Origin: Iphione sp. A-MEVVRFRX5
Taxonomy: Eukaryota
Assembly (NCBI GenBank): GCA_976226885.1
Contig: OZ320320.1
Coordinates: forward strand, 66,030,001-66,094,000
Reading direction: 5' to 3'
DNA length: 64,000 nt
The position numbers were made by a program, and so were the translations under genes. Position 1 is the first letter of the stretch. Every line of letters starts with the position of its first letter. Shown piece after piece: positions 38,286-47,164 of the stretch. A model generated the notes under the pieces. It saw only the letters and a program-made list of their open reading frames with translations. It did no database searches and had not been told where the DNA came from.

Positions 38286-41200
38286 ATGCCACGACGGAGG
38301 TCCAGCGATGACAAGCTCAAGTGCCACAAGTGCTCTTATGTGTGCGACAGAAAGGATAACCTGAAGCGCCATATGAAACTTCATGCTCAGTATGGGTACG
38401 CGTGGGGTTGCCCGTCGCAGCGATGCCCCGAGAAGGTGTTCCAACGGAAAGACGATCTACGGCGGCACTTAGAGACTAAACAACATGACGCGGAGGGAGG
38501 CGTTAAGCTGATGAGGAAGTCACGGGAACGGTATTACCAGTTCTTCAAGGTGGAGGGGTCCTCCGTGCTGAGAGGAAGGCCCGCCGACCCGTCCGTGGTG
38601 GAGGGAAGCCCACGGCCCGCCCCCAAGAAGAAGCAGGCTCAGCAGGAGAAGGCGGAGGCACCCTCCACGGAAAGCGAGGCCGAAGAGGGAGAGGAGTCGG
38701 CGGAGGTTGCGACCACTTCGGAGGACGCGGAGGACGATCAAGACGACTGGGAGCCCCAGCCCTCCACCTCGTCTGCAAGAAGCCCTCCATGACCCCCGCC
38801 CAAGAAGAAAGTAAGTAAAACCAAGAAGGGTGCGCAGCAGCAGCCCCCGGCCCCGACCGGCCACGGCGACCCAACTCCGACCGATGAGACAGAGAAGTCC
38901 CCACGTTCGCTGTGCCGCGAGTTGAGAGACACGATTACGGGGTTGGAAACCAGGCATCCCGCCACGCCGGCCAGTTCCCCGGCCACGGTGGCCAGGCTGG
39001 TGGAGACAGCCGACAAGTTGGAACGGGCGATGCTCGGGTCCCCAGCATCTGGGGTTGTTCTGCGGAGCAGCCCCCTCGCTAAACGACGACTAGCGGAGGA
39101 CCCGAAGAAGTCGGAGGGGGCCAAGCGAGGTCGCGGTAAGGGCCCCACCCTTTCTCCGCTGGTAGGTCGATTAGGTGGGCAGCTCCCAAAAGTGCCGTCG
39201 CCGCTTCTGATGGAGGAGAGGACCCCACCAGCCCTACCAGCGGAGGCGGCCTCCCCTAGGCTCGTTACCCCGGAGGTCGCCAAGACGAAGACGGGGCGCA
39301 TTTCTGCACTGTCGACACCCAGTATGCCGCCGACCCCGGAGAACCTTTCTGAACTAGTCAAGCGCATGCAGGAAGAAGGGGGCCCCCGAGCCCCCCCCGC
39401 ACGGGTGGACGAAGTGGCGGCGATGTTTAAAGCCATGTTCGGTGACTCCATCGTCGTATCAGTCCCGGCCGGTGACGGGGCAGGGAGCACGGAGAAGGTG
39501 GGGAGTTCCTCGGAAGAAGAGCTTGCGGCCAAGCTTCCGGCCTCCGGGGATGACGAGGAGGCCGCCCCTGGAGACCAAGAACTTGCTGGACCCCCCGAGC
39601 TGCAGTACGTTGAGGTGGGTGGAATATTGGAAGTGCACGAAGCCGTCACGCCGGAGGCCCCTCCTCGAGTCTCGACTGAGCCCCCCCGGGGGGCTGACGA
39701 CGTGCCCGGGGCGGGCCCGGACCCCAAGAAGATGGCTGCGGAGGTGCTCCAGTGGGAGGCACAACAGGCGATAGCGACGGTCCGGGCCATGGAGCTCCGA
39801 CAGGAAGAACAAGAAGAGGCAGCGGAGGGCAGGCCATTAGCCCGGCCTGAGCTCCCGGGGGCGCCCTCGACTGTGGCGCGGAGGGCTACCACTCCTCCGG
39901 GGATCCCTTCGGGCACGGGGGAAAGCTCAGAACCAATCCAGGGAGGGCCTCCGCTGACAGGCCCATCACGGCAGGGGGGGCCCCCGCCGCCGGGCACCCC
40001 GAGAGCAAAGCAGCCGATGCCCGCAGAGGGACCGCAGGAGGAACCGGTCGAAGAGGGAGCACCACTGGACCAGCAGCCGATCCTCTCCCCGGCCTTACCA
40101 CAGGGAGGGGAAGAGCATGAGGAACCAGCCAGGCCGGCGCCCGCGGTCCTTGAGGAAGGCAGGAAGGTGACGGAGGCCAATACCCTTGGGCAGGAGCTCC
40201 CTCCGCGACCGGAGGGAGACGAACACGGGGGGGGTACCCGGCCGGTCCCTCCCCACGACGGGCGGCGCGGGAGCGGTCTCATAGGCGACACTCACGGGGC
40301 GGGGCCTCCGCCACGAAAGAGGGGCGAGCAAGAAGACGGAGGCGAACCAGACCCTCTCCTTGGCGACCAGCGGGGAGGCGGCTTGCAAGGCGACGTCCAG
40401 GAGGCGGAGACCCCTCCGCGTCAAAAGGGCGATGAACATGGGGAAGGGGCCAGGCCGGCCCCCCCTCAGGTCGAGCCACACGAGACCAGCGCGGGGGACA
40501 GTACCCAGGAACCCGACCCCTCTACACAACCGCGGGCGAGCGAGCCTGAGGGGGAGAGTGAACCGACCCGGCCTTCCGTCGAGAAGCGCGGAGGCGGCGC
40601 AGAGCTCCTTCCACGACGGAAGGGAGACGAACACGGGGAGGAGACCAGGCCGGTCCCTCCCCACGTCGAGCGGCGCGGGACGGGCGCGGAGGGCGATATC
40701 CAAGAGGCCGAGCCCTCTCTGCGACCGAGGACGGGAGAACCGGAGGAGGGGACCAGGCCGGTCCCTCCCCGCGGTGGGCCGCACGAAGGGGTTTCACCGG
40801 GCACGACCCCGGAGAAAGACCCCCCTCCATGACGGAGGGGAGATGAATACGGGGAGGAGACCAGGCCGGTCCCTCCCCACATCGAGCGGCGTGGGACTGA
40901 CGCGGAGGGCGACACCCGGGGAGCCAGGCCTTCTCCACGACGGAGGAAGGGCGGGCGAGGGGAGGAGACCAGGCCGGTCCTTCCCCGTGGCGAGCCGTTC
41001 GAAGGGACCTCGTCGGGCACAACCCCGGAGACAGAGCCCCCTCCACGACCGGGGGGGGACGAATACGGGGAGGGGACCAGGCCGGTCCCTCCCCACATCG
41101 AGCGGCGTGGGATTGGTGCGGAGGGCGACAACCGCAGGGCCAGGCCCTCTCCACGACGGAGGAAGGGCGGACAGGAGGAGGAGACCAGGCCGGTCCCTCC

Positions 41201-41816
41201 CCGCGGCGGGCCGCACGAAGGGGCCTCGTCGAGCGCAACCCCGGAGAAAGAGCCCCCTCCACGACGGGGGGGGGACGAATACGGGGAGGGAACCAGGCCG
41301 GTCCCTCCCCACAACGAGCGGCGGCTACCGGCAGCGGACTCCGCCCTTCAACTGGCGGAGGGCGGAGGGGCCACGGAGCAGACTACCACACCGCCTTCCT
41401 CGGGTTCACACGGCCCGGAGAGGCGGCAATGGCGAAGGACGATATCACGGGAGGCGGCACGACGGCCGAGCGACGATCGGCAGGAGGCGGAGATATGGGC
41501 CCGATGGGCAGCAGCGCGACAGATCACGTGTGATGCCGACCCTCCGCGGGGGTGGTCGATAAGGACAAGCAAGGGCCGTAGCCGGTTGGCCCGCAGTGCT
41601 GACGGACTAGTTATAGGAGTACGTCATGAACTCTCTCTCGCCCGGGAGGCGGAGGCAGCTGACGCCCAAGCACTGTCCCGGTGGTTTGGTCGATCCACGG
41701 AGATCCCCGAAGAACTGAGCTTAGAAGAGTTTATATTTGAACTTAGCGTAGATAAGGATTGTGCCGTTGTCGAAGCAGACGAAGTGTTTAGTGTTACTCG
41801 GGACGAGTTTGTCTAA
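38286..41816 (+). pseudogene. ORF3: ~1176-aa non-env protein with 2 C2H2 zinc fingers, NLS-like motifs, acidic/Pro-rich region, tandem repeats and a C-terminal domain; two in-frame TGA stops
   Basis: Track ORFs 38286-38792, 38922-40832 and 41586-41816 share one frame. I translated the gaps and the only stops are TGA 38790 and TGA 40830. Fingers: CHKCSYVCDRKDNLKRHMKLH (38322-38384) and CPSQRCPEKVFQRKDDLRRHLETKQH (38409-38486). PKKK occurs twice. The final TAA overlaps the PPT. No signal peptide or TM segment is visible. Confidence 0.85.
40600..41320 (+). repeat. Coding higher-order tandem repeat: 108-bp (36-aa) units paired into 216-bp (72-aa) units
   Basis: AGGCCGGTCC (RPV) recurs at 40647, 40755, 40863, 40971, 41079, 41187 and 41295, exactly 108 bp apart, and alternate units are more similar. 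Looser copies lie near 40239 and 40452. Confidence 0.9.
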
Positions 41817-41827
41817 GAGGGGGGCAG
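41815..41827 (+). other. Polypurine tract
   Basis: AAGAGGGGGGCAG immediately 5' of the 3' LTR. Confidence 0.88.
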
Positions 41828-42111
41828 TGTTGGCGGAGGGTTGTTACTTGTTGTGTTGGCGGAGGGATGTTACGTGATGTCGGAGGGATGTTCAGGAAAG
41901 GAGCGGAGGGACGGGAAGTTTAGTCTGGATTTGGCGGAGGGGCGGAGGCGCGGAGGTACCGCGGAGGGATTTGTTTGTGTATATAAGTGCGAGCGGGGGA
42001 GGTCGGAGTTGAGTTGTTGTTGGATTGTCGTTGCATGTGCTCTTCAGAAATAAATTACAAGTTCATCTTTACTCGCGGAGTGGAACTTCTTTATTCATAA
42101 TGGCGGAAGCT

Positions 42112-42115
<4 letters not shown>
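41828..42115 (+). repeat. 3' LTR (288 bp)
   Basis: 286/288 identical to the 5' LTR and followed by the TSD ATAT. Confidence 0.97.

Positions 42116-42143
<28 letters not shown>
42116..42143. repeat. (AT)n microsatellite abutting the 3' LTR
   Basis: Direct reading; its first 4 bp form the TSD. Confidence 0.9.
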
Positions 42144-42147
<4 letters not shown>

Positions 42148-44253
42148 GGACACGAGGCTAAATAATTCCAGTATAGTAGGAAGTCGTGTTAGGAAAAAAG
42201 CAAGAAGTAGGACGAATCAAAACTATGTACAGGTTGAGCCATAACTTTATACATGTACATGTCATTTCTATTTCAATACACCATGACGTTAGTTGAAAGA
42301 CAACGTGTTGGTCAGGCCATTTTAATGGCGAAAATCTCTCGTGACAAAATACAATACGGGGAGGCTATATAGAGACATTGAGAAATAAAGACAGCTGTCG
42401 TGTTTTAGATATACAATTAGATATATGACGTTTATTCAATGCACATCCAACAGCATTTCCTCCCTTTAGTTGTCGTACATTGCACTTTGTGTATTTGTAG
42501 AGCAAGTTAAGTGCATGTGATGAGGGATTTCACGCGTATTGTTACTCACGGCTGTTTTTGTATGTACGTGGTCACAACGAATTCTCGGAGCAGAATCAGC
42601 GAATTCACATACACAGTCAAAATAAGGATTCGTGCAAGGATTCGTTATCGATCGTATGACTCTTCACTTTGCAGATGAAATGTTTGTCTCCAGTCAGCCC
42701 AGCTGTTGTGGACATTGCGCTGTCCGCAGCGGAAAAGGCAACAAATCTTCCACGCCGGTGAAAATCTAATATGATACGATTCGCTTTCATAATGTCGCGT
42801 TCTTTTTAATTGTACATTGAGACGTGAATCCCCAAGTGAATACGGGTTCCTAGTTTATGTGTAGGCCTACATGATCAGACAATTTGGATTACAAAACACG
42901 GGCAGTTCTTACAATGGGCAAAAACATCAAGAAAAGGAGCTTATGACAAATATAAGCCTTCTAATAATCCTACGTGGCCTCTCTTATTACTTTTTCAGTG
43001 TAATACCTTAAAATCCTTTCATAATCCTAATGGTGAGCTAAGCTTACACAAAGTATAAATGATAAAAAAACGACTAATACCACAGCTTCTGTAATAAATA
43101 AATATATTTTTGTTCGGCAGGGAAATTTCTAGTGCCAGGGACATGATCACTGTTGATGTGTAGACGTGTATAGAATTTTTTAAAAAGAAAGACTATAGTA
43201 ACAGGTGTCCGACACGCGAATGCAAATCGACGTATGTATATGTATACGAAAGGTAGTTATAGAAATGGTTATTTTGTTTCTTGGAGTGCACTAACCAAAA
43301 TACAGAAATATATCCATTAAAGATACGTTTAAGGTCTCTAAAATGCATCGACTTCGTTTTACAGAATAAAGGGAATCCAAGTAGAACACTCGCACCCACA
43401 CCTCAGTGACCGATAACTATGTTCCTTATACAAACCAATTGCCTTGTGCTACTTATTGTAGCTTCCCCCTGAAAGAGGTCACCGCATGCCAATAACATAT
43501 TAGTGTCCCTTTTATGGAGCGTTTGCTGCTTTCCGTGTTTCAGACTCTTCGTGGACTAAAAACGATTTCCATGAATTTACCTCTCAATCGAAGACGGCCA
43601 TGCAACACAGCTTTTAAAACAATGTAAAATATATCAGGTGTACAAATCTTCCTGATGTATGAACAGAATATCAGGAGACGGGGGTGGTTCGGATAGCCAG
43701 GAGAGACTCTACGTACAAGGGCATATGACTGTCCGCGTAATATGTGCGTTCGACCGGAAGGGTGGGGCGATGGGCTCGGATGTGTTATGTCTGACTTCGT
43801 GTGTTATGCACAGCCGGTAAACTGCAACTACGACAAACCTTGAGATGTCGTTCCACAGCGCCGCCACAGACGCCAGGAGACTCCTTCACACTAATCCTCC
43901 GCTGAGACTTCCTTTCAAGAGGTGGGATGAATGTGACGGCACCGTCACTACTGGAGGAGGACAAGAAGGAAACCAGTCCGCACGGCCTTCACGGCTTTAG
44001 TTCGATATGCGAAATCCTCTGAAGTACCTTTAGAATAGTTGTCCTTTTAATCTTGTGACACAAGAATTGGCAAGTGCGAAACTTGAATATGTCAACTAGA
44101 AAACTCCAAAGGATGTATGGGCAGCTGGTTTATTTACGTACATGGATGGCCAGACGCATATTTCCGTCCATGTGTCCTAGGGTACATGTTTTAAAAGGAG
44201 TACGGCACCTGTGTGAAAAAGCAGACACTTTACGGATGGAGTGTATCTACTTA

Positions 44254-44427
44254 TAGTGCGCCCCCCACACTTATCTGACAACTTTATAACCGATATATAC
44301 AAATGTACATGACACACTCATGGGGAACCAAATATGAAAAACCAGTTGAAATAGTTCCCACAACTGATTCCCATATATCCGACGAAATATACAGGAACCA
44401 AAAGTGCCAGTTATGGAGGGGCCACTG
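44254..44427. mobile_element. Possible pogo/Tigger-like MITE
   Basis: TA|TAGTGCGCCCCCC ... GGAGGGGCCACTG|TA: an imperfect TIR with TA flanks. Confidence 0.35.
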
Positions 44428-44622
44428 TACATCTATATTTCATGGGAAAATATAGGAAATGCGTATGTAATTATATATGATTCTTTAATAATACATTGCA
44501 TATTCTACACAATATGTGCACTTTCGATGCAAACATTTTCAGGGAAAATAATGGCACCTAGTTGTTCAATATCTCTAGTATGAACTGCTCTGCCACAAAG
44601 GAATATATTTCTGTTCTGCTAA

Positions 44623-44957
44623 GGCATAAAGAAAAGTTCTGTGTTTCCGGTAACATGCTGAAAAAAGAGGGTGAGTCAGTAGGTGACATTTATTTCATTT
44701 TTCTTTTTTCAATGTTAATTACTTCTTAAGCTAATAAATATATATGGTAAGATAAGTTCTTCTTCTCAGATCTTGATGAAATGCATATCAAATGAAAGAT
44801 AATAGTATAAGCAACAAGATGATGTATGGTATGTGTCCCTATCATGATTCATTCTGAATTTATCCAAAAAATGAGAAAATAGAAAAGGTCACAGTTGGCT
44901 CTAATAATTATAGGGTCGGTCCAGTTATCGGAAACACAAAACTTTATTTATTAGGCC
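44623..44957 (+). mobile_element. PIF/Harbinger-like MITE (copy 4; 335 bp)
   Basis: c-TAA|GGCATAAAGAAAAGTTCTGTGTTTCCGGTAAC ... GTTATCGGAAACACAAAACTTTATTTATTAGGCC|TAA-g, with a TAA TSD. The interior aligns with 27129-27456. Confidence 0.8.
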
Positions 44958-47068
44958 TAAGTCCCAAATGGATAGATTGTCCGTACAGTAATAAATACTT
45001 TTAACTTTCTTTACGGACTGAAACGCAGCCCAACATATGGAAACACAGACTGAAACCGGACACATACCAAAAAGGGACACAAAGATTCCGGGCCTAATGA
45101 GAGCAGCTTCGACATGAAGAATGTCATAATAATACGTTCAAACACAATGCGCATTTTCCAAACCAGTTCCCATAATCCTTTGCGAAATTGATGTATAATA
45201 TTCACCGTTATCCCGCCGGTGTCCCACGGCCCTCGTACATCTTTCAGCTGTCCTTCTTCGGTTTGTTAACTATTGCTATAGCCCCTATACATTTCGTTCC
45301 TTGGTCCCACGGGAAGGTCTGCTGAATTATCTGTAGGTCTTGGAGATCCGTTAAAATCATATTCAACATTTAACTGACTCAGCTGCTATGGCCTCCCCCT
45401 CTGTTATGTCCTCTCCTCTCATCCCTGGTCTTTCTTCCCTTTGGTCCCGGCCTCACTGCAGCTGAGGCAAAATCAAAAACCGAATTTAATTACTAGAAAA
45501 ATAGTTAAAGCCTGACAGAAGGAGTGCTCGCATCGCTGAAATAATTCTAAGCAACCAAATTGATCTTTTTTACCTGCTCATAATGGTGTCCCTTGACAGT
45601 CTTACTCAGGACGTCAGCTCGACTGAGAAAAACTTGGAAACCATGCAGATAGGGTTATTTGTACAGAGAAAAGATCTCCAATTTAGTCTCTCCTCTATTC
45701 GCCTCTTTTGTGAGCCACGGGCCGTCACAAAAATGTCATGTCCTTAGTCAAACTGGGAGAACTGATATAAGATTTGAAGACTTGAAACCATTCATATCTT
45801 ACCGGCTTACAATTATCGTTTATACGTCTAGCAATAGTCAGTAACTACCCAACAGATAAGCAAATAACAATCCAAAGTGAAATGTTTTCGCAGATATATT
45901 AACGGTTGCGTTTTCATGCTTTTACTCTGAGGCATTCCTTCTTCATCCTCACCCAAAGCCCTAAACCCTACCGGTAATTGTTTATTCAAACACATCTACC
46001 TGTAGTTCTTTCTTTCTCAGCTTTCACCAGTTAATTTGCTATCCCACGCCCACGAACTTATCACTGTCCACTAAACAAGAGTCCGCACCTAAATGAAAGG
46101 ACCCTCCTCGACGCCCGACAAGATTGGTCATGTGTCAGCCTTTTATGTCGACAGGTGCTTACACCCAGTGTCCCGTTATAGGCTATATGTGACACTCGAG
46201 TAACAGATGGTTACAACAGAAATGCGAACCGCAATAATAAGCTTGTTTACTATTCCAAGCGTCAGTTAACCTTGTGGATGTTTTTTTTTCTCTAAATTCA
46301 GCTGTTTCCTGACTTGTATACAGGGATCACATGATCCCATCAAGCCTGAGTTCGACGTGTATGGCAGATGGTTTTGTTTTGGATTGGGCATATCATAATT
46401 ATACATTTTAAGATAAACGTTGTGAATAAGGGGAAAGATACAGCCACGACTGCATTTACATTTGTACTCAAATTCTGGGCCAACCAAAGAAATAAGCTGG
46501 GAGTAAATGAAAGGCTCCCCGTGTCGGCCAGTCTCCAGTTGAACCGTGAATGAGCCTTTGTTATTCAGAACGGTGGAACGACGCATGCCTCCCACATGCA
46601 TGTATTGTATAATACGCCGTATAATTGGTAGAGTGTTTCAACAGAGACTTTGTAATAAGAGCATCGGATATTATCCTCTACTTGGTAAACAGGTGTCGCA
46701 GCTTGTAAAAATAGTACAGTCCGCTTTGTGCGAGAGATGTGCTACTGTAGTTGCGCAGCAACGTCCTTGTTGGACATCTAGCGGCGAGACATTGTTGTAG
46801 CGCGAATCCCTTAAGTATTAGTTAAAGTACGAGGTCCGGCGTTTTCGCTCACTAGTGTACCTTCCTCAGGAGCAAAAGTTATATAATTTTGTATCACTCA
46901 AAGGACTAACGTAATGTCAACCTTTCTCCAGCCGTTGCTAACAAATTCATCGTTGATTTGGGGAAACTGGCGTTACTCTTTAAGAGCGCCTGGTCAAAAT
47001 ATTGCAGATAATATGAGCGGCGTGGTCGTCGTCGTCGTCGTCGTCGTCGGTGGGAAGCCATACTTGTC

Positions 47069-47164
47069 TGTGAAGAGCGACTCACCCAGCCCGCGCCATG
47101 TGTGAAGAGCGACTCACCCAGCCCCCGCCATGTGTGAAGAGCGACTCACCCAGCCCACGCCATG
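47069..47164. repeat. 32-bp minisatellite x3, preceded by (GTC)n
   Basis: TGTGAAGAGCGACTCACCCAGCCC(G/C/A)CGCCATG occurs three times, varying at one position. Confidence 0.9.

Larger units (their letters stand above)
33011..42115 (+). mobile_element. Full-length Ty3/Gypsy LTR retrotransposon (9105 bp) with an extra zinc-finger ORF3; young but nonsense-inactivated
   Basis: 288-bp LTRs (TGTT...AACA), a 4-bp TSD ATAT (33007-33010 and 42116-42119), PBS, PPT, gag, pol in PR-RT-RH-IN order, and ORF3. Confidence 0.97.

Noticed and set aside
38738-40291. 517-aa antisense ORF and other long alternative-frame ORFs over ORF3 (e.g. 40360-41562 +, 40466-41314 -)
   Set aside because: These are stop-poor shadows of GC-rich Pro/Gly/Glu coding and tandem repeats, with no domain content.
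33445-40832. Repeated in-frame TGA as selenocysteine or an alternative genetic code
   Set aside because: The host SK gene terminates at TGA, so TGA is a stop in this genome. TGA 40830 aligns with CGA (Arg) in its sister repeats, which supports CpG decay.
40600-41320. Regularly spaced repeat resembling a CRISPR-like array
   Set aside because: The intervals are themselves repeats of each other rather than unique spacers. The array is in-frame coding sequence in a eukaryotic retrotransposon, and there are no cas genes.
38286-41816. ORF3 as an env gene (errantivirus-like)
   Set aside because: No signal peptide, furin site followed by a fusion peptide, or TM anchor is visible. It has zinc fingers and NLS-like motifs instead.
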